A stretch of 44,470 nt of DNA. Origin: Candidatus Krumholzibacteriia bacterium (GTDB lineage Bacteria; Krumholzibacteriota; Krumholzibacteriia; LZORAL124-64-63). Made by a program: the position numbers and the translations under genes. Where the stretch lies: assembly GCA_036351155.1 (NCBI GenBank), contig JAZBOO010000211.1:1-44470 (forward strand), read 5' to 3'. The notes under the pieces were generated by a model. That model was not told where the DNA came from. It did no database searches and saw only the letters and a program-made list of their open reading frames with translations. This document shows, in pieces, positions 35,934-44,470 of this stretch; positions within the stretch are counted from its first letter, which is position 1; each line of letters starts with the position of its first letter.

Positions 35934-36524
35934 CTACTGCTTGATCCCCTGAATTTCCAGGGTGATCTTGACGTCCTCACCGACCACCAGGCCCCCGGTT
36001 TCCAGGGCCTTGTTCCAGGTCAATCCCCAGTCCTTCCGGTTGATTTTCCCGGTCAGGCTGGCACCAATCCGCTCGTTGCCCCAGGGATCGGTCACGGTGC
36101 CGGTGATCTCCAGGTCCAGGGTCACGGGCCTGGTCACACCGTGCATGCTCAGATCGCCGGTCACCTGGCCCTCCTGGGCGTTCTTCATGCTCACACCCGT
36201 GGTGGTGAAGGTCATGGTCGGATGGTTCTCCACATCGAAAAAGTCGGGGTTGCGCAGATGATCGTCACGCTTGGCATCCCCGGTGTCCACGCTGGCGATC
36301 TGAATCACCGCCTCGGCCCGGGTTGCCTCCGGCTTGCTTGCATCGTAGGTGAAGGTGCCCTCGAATTCGGTGAAGGCGCCGTTGACCTTGCTGATGGCCA
36401 TGTGCTTGATCTGGAAGTTGACCGAGCTGTGAGACATGTCGATGGCGTACTCCGCCGCCAGGACAGGAACGGCCCACACCAGCAAGGCCAGGCTCAGGGT
36501 CATGATCTTCATTTGCTTACTCAT
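35934..36524 (-). CDS. yceI: YceI-family periplasmic lipid/polyisoprenoid-binding protein
   Basis: Signal peptide, plus IDMSHSSVNFQIKHM, SVDTG..KRDDHLRNPDFFD, GDLSMHGVT, DPWG and INRKDWG. Confidence 0.93.
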   Translation of the reverse strand: MSKQMKIMTLSLALLVWAVPVLAAEYAIDMSHSSVNFQIKHMAISKVNGAFTEFEGTFTYDASKPEATRAEAVIQIASVDTGDAKRDDHLRNPDFFDVENHPTMTFTTTGVSMKNAQEGQVTGDLSMHGVTRPVTLDLEITGTVTDPWGNERIGASLTGKINRKDWGLTWNKALETGGLVVGEDVKITLEIQGIKQ

Positions 36525-36529
36525 GATCA

Positions 36530-37006
36530 CTACTCTCCTTTTATTCCAGGGTTCCTGGCCTTGACCAGTAACCTGCTCAGTTCATGCAATTCATCCCGGG
36601 TCAAATGGCCCAGGCTTTCGTGGTGAAGGTCCCCCACAGGCCGGTCCAGGGCGGCCAGCAGTTTCTCGCCTTTCCTGGTCAGGGATATCAGGACCACCCT
36701 GCGGTCGGCGGTCGAGCGCGTGCGCTGCACCAGGTCCATCTTCAGCAACTTGTCGGTCAGGCGGGTCACGTCCGGATCTCGGCTCACCATGCGCTCACCG
36801 ATGTGGGAACACGCCAGTCCCTGCCCTTTTTGTCCCCGCAGGATCCGCAGAATATTGTACAATCCTGAACTCAAGTTGTTGGTCTTGAACAGCTTATCGT
36901 AAGGGCCGGACATGATGCTGGCCGTTCGCTGCAGATTCAAAACCGCTTCCTGTTCCAGGGATTCGAAGTCCTTGCTTTGCTGAAGTTCCGACTTGAGTGC
37001 CGCCAT
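36530..37006 (-). CDS. MarR-family transcriptional regulator
   Basis: Motifs YNILRILRG, RDPDVTRLTDKL and DRRVVLISLT.KG. Confidence 0.92.
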   Translation of the reverse strand: MAALKSELQQSKDFESLEQEAVLNLQRTASIMSGPYDKLFKTNNLSSGLYNILRILRGQKGQGLACSHIGERMVSRDPDVTRLTDKLLKMDLVQRTRSTADRRVVLISLTRKGEKLLAALDRPVGDLHHESLGHLTRDELHELSRLLVKARNPGIKGE

Positions 37007-37046
37007 GTTGCTTTCTCCGGTTGGGGTTATCCCTCAACTGCAAATT

Positions 37047-37072
37047 ATGTTTAAACATTGTTTGTTGCAACA
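37047..37072. promoter_or_regulatory. Tandem palindromes, candidate MarR operator
   Basis: ATGTTTAAACAT (37047-37058) and TGTTGCAACA (37063-37072), both TGTT-N2-AACA, about 40-65 bp upstream of marR. Confidence 0.6.
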
Positions 37073-37157
37073 TATTTTTTTAAAAATCAGGCGTGCCCAT
37101 CATTTGTCCACGTGCTAAAGTTCTCCTTAATTTTTATTTATTTGGGAGGCCATCAAT

Positions 37158-40100
37158 ATGTCGACCCATCTTCCCGGTCCGGGTGACAGCCAGGCAGCTA
37201 GCCCCCAGGGGGCGTCCACCTGGCGCAGATGGGGGCAGTCCCCCTGGGCTCTCTCCGCACTAGCCGCCTGCTTTCTGGGATTACTTTTCCTCCTCAGTGC
37301 AACCCACTTCCTGGTCTTCCACTCCCTTATCGAGATCCTGACCATCGCCGTCGCCTGGGCCGCTTTCTCCCTCATGTGGAACGCCCGCCAGTTCGACCTG
37401 CGAGAGTCTTTTGTCCTTCTGGGGCTCGGCTTGCTCTTTTCCGGAGCCGTGGACCTTCTCCACACCATGTCCTACAAGGGCTTTGATCTTTTTCCCGGAT
37501 TCTCCTCCGGCTCTCTGTCCACCCAGTTCTGGATTTTGGCCCGCTTCATCGAAACCCTTGGCTGGCTGGGATTCGCCCTTTTCTTGCGCCGCCGCAACCT
37601 CATCGGGCCCTCGGCCCTGATATTCCTGACCCTGTCCGTCCTGGGTGTCGTTTCCATTCTCGGCTGGCGAAATTTCCCCGTTTGCTTCGACCCACACACG
37701 GGGCTGACGCCCTTCAAAATCTGGTCGGAATACCTCTTGGTCCTGCTCACCCTGCTGACCCTCGGATTGCTCTGGCGTCAGCGGCTAGAACTGGATCCTC
37801 AGATCTACCGCTACGTCCAGTGGGCCCTGGTGGCCTCGGCCTTTGCGGAGCTGGCCTTCACCACCTATCAGGACCCTTACGGCCTGGGCAACACCGTGGG
37901 CCATTTCGCCCGACTGGTCAGCCGTTTTCTCGTATACCGTGGCCTGATCTTTCTCAGCCTGACCAAGCCCCATGCCTTGTTGTTCAATCAGTTGAAGAAA
38001 GAAAAGGACCGGGTGGCTCAATCGGAGTATCGATGGCGCTCCCTGGCCACCAGCCACCCCGACTACGTTTTTGAACTGGATCGGAATCTGAAAGTCCTGT
38101 TCGCCAACTTCCCCCATCCCGATCCTCTTGCCGATGGGATTCTGGATCAAAACTTTCTCAGCTTCCTGCCCGATGCCGATCAGCCCAGGATCAAGGGGCT
38201 GCTCGAGACCGCTCTGAGGACCGAAGAAAGCGTCCGTTTTGAAACCCGGGATATTCACCAGGAGGCCCTCTCCCGCCTTTTCGAATTTCGGGCGGGGATG
38301 CGCCCCGGACCCGATGGGCAACCCGACGGGCTGACCCTTGTCGCCAGAGACATCACCCAGCGCAAAAGAAGGGAGCATCTGTCGCGCGCCCGCCTGCGCA
38401 TCAGCGAATTTGCCCTGGACCACGACACGCCCCAGCTGCTGCAAAAGGTCCTCGACGAGGCTGAAATATTGACCGACAGCCAGATCGGTTTCTTCCATTT
38501 CGTCGACCCCAACCAGGTCGACCTGAAGCTGCAAGCCTGGTCCAGCCGCACGGTCAAGGAGGCCTGCAAGGCCTCGGCCAGCGGCGCTCACTACCCCCTC
38601 GGCGAGGCGGGAGTCTGGGCCGACTGTGTGCGGGAAAGAGCTCCCATCATCCACAACGACTACGCCACTCTGGCCGATCGTAAAGGAATGCCCGAGGGTC
38701 ACGCCCAGGTGACCCGCGAACTGACCGTTCCGGTCCTGCGCTTCGGAAAAGTCGTGGCGGTGGTCGGCGTGGGCAACAAACCCACTTTCTATGACCAGAA
38801 TGATCAGCAATTGCTGGTGGAACTGGCGGACCAGGCCTGGGATATTGTGACCCGCAAGCGCGCCGAAATCGCCCTCGACCAAAGCCGTCACCAGCTGACC
38901 CAGACCCTGGCCAACCTGCCGGGCATGCTCTTTCGCTGTGCCAACGATGATGACTGGACCATGGAATTCCTCAGCGAGGGTTGCCGGGACCTGCTGGGCT
39001 ATGACAGCGGCGACCTGATCGACAACCGGGTGGTGTCCTACGCTTCCCTGATCCACCCTGACGACCGTGAAATGGTCCAGACCCAGGTGCAAGCCGCCCT
39101 GCAGAGGGAGGACAGCTACCAGATCGTGTACCGGATCATGCCCAATGGTCAGCCCACCAAGTGGGTCTGGGAGCAGGGCCGAGGGCACTTCACCGACCAG
39201 GGACTGAGCACCGTCGAAGGCTTCATCTACGACATTTCCGACCAGATCCTGGCCCAGCAAGAGCGCGCCGCCATGGAAAAAAAGGTGCAGGAAACCCAGA
39301 AGCTGGAAAGCCTGGGCGTTCTGGCCGGGGGTATTGCCCACGATTTCAACAATTTGCTGCAGGCCATGCTGGGCTTCACCGAACTGGCAACAAGCCAGGC
39401 TGGCCCCGGCAGTCCCGCGGCGCAAAGCCTGAAACGAGTCATGGACGCCGCCACCAGGGCCGCCAACCTGACCCAGCAAATGCTGGCCTTCTCCGGCCGC
39501 GGCCATTTCACCAAGGCCCACGTGGATCTTTCAGCCCAGATCCAGGAAATGTCCGCCTTCTGCCATTCCATCGTGCCCAAGAACATCAACTTCTCCATGG
39601 AACTGGCCGAGGACTTGCCTCAGGTGTCCCTGGACACCACCCAGTTCCAGCAGATCGTGATGAACCTGCTGACCAACGCCTCCGAGGCGGTCGGTGACGA
39701 CTCGGGAGCCCTGCACCTGGTCACCGGGACCGCCCATTGCGGGGCCGAAGACGTGGCCAGGAGCCTCATCCACTACGACAGTCTCCAGGAAAGTGTCCCC
39801 CTGCCCGGGGACTTCGTCTATCTGGAAGTGACCGACACCGGGTGTGGGATGGACAAAGACGTTTTGTCCAGGATTTTTGAGCCTTTCTTCACCACCAAGT
39901 TCACCGGTCGCGGGCTGGGAATGGCTGCTGTCCAGGGAATCGTCCGTGGTCACGGCGGTCTCCTGACTATTTCCTCGCAGGTGGGACAAGGCACGACCAT
40001 CCGGGTGCTATTTCCCGCCAGGCGTTCTGTCGACCCCATGGAGCGTCTCCCCTTTTCCCCCCGGCCAAGAAGCCTGGGCCGGAAAATCCTGGTGGTTGAT

Positions 40101-40442
40101 GACGAAATCGAAGTGCGCGAACTGGTGGCCGACGTTCTGAACGAGGCTGGGTACGCCACTGTTTGCGCGGTGGACGGCATGGATGCCATTGCCCTCTTCG
40201 AGAAAGAACCCCGGTCCTTCGGACTGATTCTTCTCGACCTGGTCATGCCCCAGATGAACGGTAAACGGTGCCTGGAGCACCTCAGAGAGCGGGATCTGGA
40301 AGCCCCGGTCGTGATCATGAGCGGGTTTGCCGAGGAGGAAATCCACCAGCGGCTTGAAGGGGCCACGTTCGACGGGGTACTGGCCAAGCCATTCCTGCAG
40401 AGGCAATTGAAGGACATGGCACAGACTTTTATCGGGAATTGA
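37158..40442 (+). CDS. Hybrid sensor histidine kinase (MASE3-PAS-GAF-PAS-HisKA-HATPase-REC)
   Basis: MASE3-type FHSLIE...DLLHTMSYKG, PAS and GAF domains, H-box LAGGIAHDFNN, DTGCGM, FFTTK...GLG, and a receiver (VDDE, LLDLVMP, KP). Confidence 0.93.
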   Translation: MSTHLPGPGDSQAASPQGASTWRRWGQSPWALSALAACFLGLLFLLSATHFLVFHSLIEILTIAVAWAAFSLMWNARQFDLRESFVLLGLGLLFSGAVDLLHTMSYKGFDLFPGFSSGSLSTQFWILARFIETLGWLGFALFLRRRNLIGPSALIFLTLSVLGVVSILGWRNFPVCFDPHTGLTPFKIWSEYLLVLLTLLTLGLLWRQRLELDPQIYRYVQWALVASAFAELAFTTYQDPYGLGNTVGHFARLVSRFLVYRGLIFLSLTKPHALLFNQLKKEKDRVAQSEYRWRSLATSHPDYVFELDRNLKVLFANFPHPDPLADGILDQNFLSFLPDADQPRIKGLLETALRTEESVRFETRDIHQEALSRLFEFRAGMRPGPDGQPDGLTLVARDITQRKRREHLSRARLRISEFALDHDTPQLLQKVLDEAEILTDSQIGFFHFVDPNQVDLKLQAWSSRTVKEACKASASGAHYPLGEAGVWADCVRERAPIIHNDYATLADRKGMPEGHAQVTRELTVPVLRFGKVVAVVGVGNKPTFYDQNDQQLLVELADQAWDIVTRKRAEIALDQSRHQLTQTLANLPGMLFRCANDDDWTMEFLSEGCRDLLGYDSGDLIDNRVVSYASLIHPDDREMVQTQVQAALQREDSYQIVYRIMPNGQPTKWVWEQGRGHFTDQGLSTVEGFIYDISDQILAQQERAAMEKKVQETQKLESLGVLAGGIAHDFNNLLQAMLGFTELATSQAGPGSPAAQSLKRVMDAATRAANLTQQMLAFSGRGHFTKAHVDLSAQIQEMSAFCHSIVPKNINFSMELAEDLPQVSLDTTQFQQIVMNLLTNASEAVGDDSGALHLVTGTAHCGAEDVARSLIHYDSLQESVPLPGDFVYLEVTDTGCGMDKDVLSRIFEPFFTTKFTGRGLGMAAVQGIVRGHGGLLTISSQVGQGTTIRVLFPARRSVDPMERLPFSPRPRSLGRKILVVDDEIEVRELVADVLNEAGYATVCAVDGMDAIALFEKEPRSFGLILLDLVMPQMNGKRCLEHLRERDLEAPVVIMSGFAEEEIHQRLEGATFDGVLAKPFLQRQLKDMAQTFIGN

Positions 40443-40578
40443 GCCGCCCGGGCTGCGGATATTTTTCATTCTGCCCGTGAAATCCGTAAAGCGGATTTCA
40501 TTTGTCCTCATGGCGACACCACATCTGCCGATTACTTTGTTGTATCGAAATCAGGGCTTTCAACCGGGATATCATTCA

Positions 40579-43026
40579 GTGCGCCATCAACCTCGGCAAA
40601 AGCGGCAAAAGTGCCTCATCATTTGCCTCCTTCTTTTTTCGGCCTTCCTGTTTACCGGGGAAGTGCTGGGGCAGGACGGTGGCAGGTCCGTGCGGGTGGG
40701 CGTTTTCCAGTTGCCGCCCATGGTGTTCATGGACGACGCCGGCAACGCCGATGGGTTCTACATCGACTTGATCAAGGAGGTGGCCGCGCGGGAAAACTGG
40801 CAACTGACCTTCGTGCCGGGCACCTGGGCCGAGGGTTTGCAGCGTGGGCGCGAAGGGTCCATCGACCTGGTGACCACCATCATTCCCACCGCCGATCGGG
40901 AACAGTACCTGGATTTTTGCCAGGAAGAGGTCATGCTGATCTGGGGCCAGGTCTTTGCCAGGCGCTCCAGCGGGATCCAGAATGTCCTGGACCTGGAGGG
41001 GGCCACCGTGGCCATCATGCAGGACGACCTCAACGGTCAGAATTTCATCACGACCATCGAGAATTTCGGTGTGAACTGCCGCATCCTGGTGGCCGCCACC
41101 CATGACGAAGTGTTCCGCCTTGTGGAAGCGGGTGAGGCCCTGGCCGGTGTCGCCCCCAACCTTTTCGGGTTTGCTCATGCCCATCAATATGGGCTGACCC
41201 AGACACCCATTATCTTCCATCCCAATCCCACCACCTTTGCAGGGCCCGCAGGACTGAACCAGGACCTCCTGGCGGCCCTGGACAGGTACCTGAAACGCTG
41301 GAAGGCCAACCAGGGTTCTATTTACTATCTCACCCTGGACCACTGGTTCAATCATCCCTCGGAACGCCATCGTCGAATGCCTGGCTGGTTGACCCCGACT
41401 TTGGTGGGTGTGGTTCTGATTTCCCTCCTTCTCTTGCTGTGGAATAGAATTTTGAATCAGCGGGTCCGGGCCAGAACCCGGCAGCTGGATGCCAGTGAAA
41501 AAACCATTCGGGCCATCTTCGACCAGTCATTCCTCTTCATCGGGTTACTGAACACGAAGGGAATATTGACGGAAGTCAACCGGACCGCCGTGGAGTTTTC
41601 CGGTGTCCAGCTGGAAGATGTCCTGGGCAAACCCTTCTGGGAAGGTCCCTGGTGGAACCACGATCCGGCCTTGCAAGAACAGGTGCGTCAGGGCATTGAC
41701 CAAGCCCTGGCCGGACAGACTCATATCGGCCAGGCCACCCACCTGAGCAAGGATGGCCAGACCCACAATATCGAGTACACCATCAAACCGGTGTTCAATG
41801 ACGATGGCCAGGTGGTGATGCTGATTCCCGAAGGCCACGATGTGACCGAGAGGGAGCGCTTGACCCAGAACCTCCAGCAGGCTCAAAGGATGGAAGCCAT
41901 CGGCACCCTGGCCGGTGGGATTGCCCACGATTTCAACAACATCCTGACGGCCATTTCCGGGTTCAACGACCTGGCCCTGGAAGACGCTGCCGGGCAACCC
42001 GTGATCGAGGACAGCCTCCAGGAAGTTTCCCATGCCACGGATCGGGCCAAGCATCTGGTCCAGCAGATCCTGACCTTCAGCCGGCGCAAGGAGGTAGAAA
42101 AGTCCGTGTTTGCCCCGGCGCTCCCCCTGAAGGAGGCGGTGAAACTTCTGCGTTCCAGCTTGCCGTCCACCATTGCCATCCAGCATGAAATCCACACCGA
42201 GGCCTACATCCTGGCCGATCCCACCCAGCTCCACCAGGTCATCATGAACCTGGGCACCAATGCCTTCCACGCCATGGAAGAAACCGGCGGCACCCTTCAT
42301 ATCCTGCTGGACGAGGTCAATCTGACCCGACAAGCCCCCGCCCTGGGCACCGTCATGCCCGTCGGCAAATATGTCCGCCTTGAAGTCCTGGATAACGGAT
42401 GTGGCATGGACCCATCCCTGATCGGCAAGATCTTCGAGCCCTACTACACCTCCAAGGATTCAGGCAAGGGAACAGGGCTGGGTCTTTCGGTGGTGCACGG
42501 CATCGTCAAGTCATCTCACGGATTCCTGCAGGTGGAATCGGAACCAGGACAAGGGACGGCCATCCGGGTCTTTTTCCCAAGGGTCGAGGAACCCCGGACT
42601 CAACCCACCGTCTCGGCAGATGACCCCCGGGATATTCAAGGGCGGGAGCGCATCCTCTTCGTGGACGATGAAGTCGCGTTGACCGGCCTGGCGGACCGCT
42701 TCTTCACCTCGCTGGGCTATCGGATCACCGTTTTTTCCGACAGCGCCGCCGCCTGGAAGTGCTTTGCCGAGCAACCCGACAGCTTCGATCTCCTGATCAC
42801 CGATCAGACCATGCCCGCCTTGACCGGAGTGGAACTGGCCCGGCGGGTCCGGGGTTCAAGAGAAGATATCCCCATCGTCATCTGCTCGGGGTACAACGAG
42901 GGGATCACCCCCGCCGATTGCCAGGAGCTGGGAATTTGCGGGGTGTTGCCCAAGCCCTTGTTGATGCGTAGCCTGGCCGCCGAAGTGCGCAAGATTCTCG
43001 GGCACCAGGACGCTTACCTTTCCTGA
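40579..43026 (+). CDS. Hybrid sensor histidine kinase with a periplasmic substrate-binding domain (PBPb-PAS-HisKA-HATPase-REC)
   Basis: SBP_bac_3-like segment (PPMVF..GFYIDL), a TM helix, PAS, LAGGIAHDFNN, DNGCGM, GTGLGL and a receiver (VDDE, ITDQTMP). Start is uncertain (40477, 40510 or 40579). Confidence 0.92.
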   Translation: MRHQPRQKRQKCLIICLLLFSAFLFTGEVLGQDGGRSVRVGVFQLPPMVFMDDAGNADGFYIDLIKEVAARENWQLTFVPGTWAEGLQRGREGSIDLVTTIIPTADREQYLDFCQEEVMLIWGQVFARRSSGIQNVLDLEGATVAIMQDDLNGQNFITTIENFGVNCRILVAATHDEVFRLVEAGEALAGVAPNLFGFAHAHQYGLTQTPIIFHPNPTTFAGPAGLNQDLLAALDRYLKRWKANQGSIYYLTLDHWFNHPSERHRRMPGWLTPTLVGVVLISLLLLLWNRILNQRVRARTRQLDASEKTIRAIFDQSFLFIGLLNTKGILTEVNRTAVEFSGVQLEDVLGKPFWEGPWWNHDPALQEQVRQGIDQALAGQTHIGQATHLSKDGQTHNIEYTIKPVFNDDGQVVMLIPEGHDVTERERLTQNLQQAQRMEAIGTLAGGIAHDFNNILTAISGFNDLALEDAAGQPVIEDSLQEVSHATDRAKHLVQQILTFSRRKEVEKSVFAPALPLKEAVKLLRSSLPSTIAIQHEIHTEAYILADPTQLHQVIMNLGTNAFHAMEETGGTLHILLDEVNLTRQAPALGTVMPVGKYVRLEVLDNGCGMDPSLIGKIFEPYYTSKDSGKGTGLGLSVVHGIVKSSHGFLQVESEPGQGTAIRVFFPRVEEPRTQPTVSADDPRDIQGRERILFVDDEVALTGLADRFFTSLGYRITVFSDSAAAWKCFAEQPDSFDLLITDQTMPALTGVELARRVRGSREDIPIVICSGYNEGITPADCQELGICGVLPKPLLMRSLAAEVRKILGHQDAYLS

Positions 43027-43038
43027 CCGCTTGACCCC

Positions 43039-43082
43039 AAAAAAAGCCCCCCGACCGTCCTGGTCGAGGGGCTGTGCTTTTC
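43039..43082. terminator. Intrinsic terminator between convergent genes, stronger on the minus strand
   Basis: A7-GCCCCCCGACC-GTCCT-GGTCGAGGGGC hairpin. Confidence 0.75.
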
Positions 43083-43096
43083 CCTGAAGAATCAGC

Positions 43097-44470
43097 TCAG
43101 GGGTTTTCCATGTTCTCGTGGTGGATCGAATCTTCCATGTCCACCAGATGGCAAACCTTGCAGTTGCCCCCGGCGCCGATGGGCCGCCGGTTGCCCTGAT
43201 ATTGCAGGGGTTGAATGTTGTCGCGATCCTCACCGTACTTGTCACTGTAGGTGGGGTAAGTGGCATGGGGTGGTCCGTGGCACGCCGAGCAGGCCAGCAT
43301 TTCGGATTCATCCTTGCTGAACCGGTAAAGATCACCGGGTCCCTCCACCCACTGGTAAACCGCCGAGGCCGTGGCCGGGTCGGGCCGCTGGAAATCCTCG
43401 TGGCAGGCCAGGCAGTCGGGTTCCTGCAGCCAGGGCATGCGTCCCACCACCTCGTCCATGGTCTGGACGGCCCGCGGCTTCAGGTTCCTGATCAGGCGCT
43501 CCGCACCGGGCTTGCCTTTTTCTTTCTCGAGGACCAGCAAGCTCAAGGCATGATCTTCCAGTGTGCCGTGGCAGTTGGTGCAATCCAGGTTGACGCTGTG
43601 TCCCCCGCGCAGGCACATGGTGGCCCCGTCGGGATTGGACGGATGGCAGAAGGCGCAAGCCTCGGCCCCCCGGCCCTGCAGGTAGTTGGCGTGCCAGCCG
43701 TGGATGGCTGCCGGAAGGTTCAGCAGGTCAGGCTCACCCTCGGTCCCGGTGGCCGGGTCCAGGTGGCAACTGGCGCACAGGCGGGGCTGACCCGCATCGG
43801 CCATCTTCAACAGCTCGGTCCGGCTGTGCTTGTCGTGCACCGCCAGCACGGCGGCACTGGTCTCGTCGCTGAAGCCGGCCACTCCATCGACCCGCCATTC
43901 CCCTCCGTGACAGTTCTTGCACCCCATCTCGGTGGCCGTGGGCGCCACCACCCGCGTGGCGGCCAGCACCTCGCCGGATGCTTCGTCCTTGGCCTCGATG
44001 GTGTACAGAGGGTAGGGGTTGTAGTGCCCGTTCTGATAGGGAGCGATGGGAATCATCGGCGCCTCGAAGTAGCCGTGGTCCTCCACGAATTCCAGGGTGC
44101 CGTTGATACCCTTGCCCTTCAGCCCCACGTTCTTTTCCAGCTCCACCCCGAAGTTCTGGTCTTCGTAGTCCCAGAACTCCACGTCACCGGCCGGATTCTC
44201 GAATCCCGACTCCACCGTGTAGTGCAAGGTCACGCCTTCACTCAGCACCTCGGGCGTTTCCCCGCGCCGGATCAGGAGGGCCTGCAATTCGTTGGCCGGA
44301 GGCAGGATCACGAAGTAGGGGTCGCTGTCACTCAGGCAGTGCATGCCCAGGTTGTTCCAGGCCAGCAGGGCGTATTCATCGTTCTCCACATCGAAGGGTG
44401 GAATGTCGATGACCCATTCCTTCGCCTGGAACTCCTCTTCCTGGGCCGCCTTGCCGTGCAGACCTTCGAC
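43097..44470 (-). CDS. Multiheme cytochrome c, at least 7 CxxCH motifs (5' end outside window)
   Basis: CKNCH, CASCH, CAFCH, CTNCH, CLACH, CSACH and CKVCH, plus an upstream WNNLGMHC. Frame stays open to the window end. Confidence 0.9.
   Translation of the reverse strand, partial: VEGLHGKAAQEEEFQAKEWVIDIPPFDVENDEYALLAWNNLGMHCLSDSDPYFVILPPANELQALLIRRGETPEVLSEGVTLHYTVESGFENPAGDVEFWDYEDQNFGVELEKNVGLKGKGINGTLEFVEDHGYFEAPMIPIAPYQNGHYNPYPLYTIEAKDEASGEVLAATRVVAPTATEMGCKNCHGGEWRVDGVAGFSDETSAAVLAVHDKHSRTELLKMADAGQPRLCASCHLDPATGTEGEPDLLNLPAAIHGWHANYLQGRGAEACAFCHPSNPDGATMCLRGGHSVNLDCTNCHGTLEDHALSLLVLEKEKGKPGAERLIRNLKPRAVQTMDEVVGRMPWLQEPDCLACHEDFQRPDPATASAVYQWVEGPGDLYRFSKDESEMLACSACHGPPHATYPTYSDKYGEDRDNIQPLQYQGNRRPIGAGGNCKVCHLVDMEDSIHHENMENP

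Noticed and set aside
1..44470. CRISPR arrays, tRNA/rRNA, IS elements, integrases, prophage or defence genes
   Set aside because: I saw no spaced direct repeats, structural RNA signatures or transposase, integrase or phage motifs by eye. Intergenic gaps are short and mostly explained.

Overview
High-GC bacterial window with about 33 protein-coding genes and one riboswitch. I found no rRNA, tRNA, CRISPR array or mobile element. PNPF...WDG...G..VASG.Y C-terminal sorting domains and a PorV-like barrel suggest an FCB-superphylum relative such as Krumholzibacteriota or Latescibacterota (inference only). In order, the window holds: (1) a heme operon hemN'-hemH-hemG/Y-ccsA/hemX-like-hemA; (2) DUF4212 plus an ActP-like sodium:solute symporter, facing an SdpI-like gene, a cNMP/CBS/DUF294 gene, a membrane protein and a P-loop kinase; (3) a tightly packed 8-gene minus-strand operon (10.7-22.4 kb) encoding a ~1350-aa repeat surface protein with a T9SS-like/FlgD C-terminal domain (CTD), a PorV-like barrel fused to an FlgD-Ig domain, a ~1000-aa TPR protein, ExbB, two ExbD, TonB and an FlgD-Ig/degenerate OmpA-like protein, with a candidate sigma54 promoter and a divergent CTD-bearing beta-propeller gene; (4) a TPP-riboswitch-controlled thiamine salvage operon (TonB-dependent receptor, thiN, sodium:solute symporter); (5) a nitroreductase, a YheT-like hydrolase, an O-methyltransferase, an HD-GYP gene pair, marR-yceI, two hybrid kinases and a partial multiheme cytochrome c. 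The best candidate for an undescribed system is operon (3), a possible Ton-motor-energised, T9SS-like surface protein export or display machine. All family assignments come from motifs read by eye; no database search was run.
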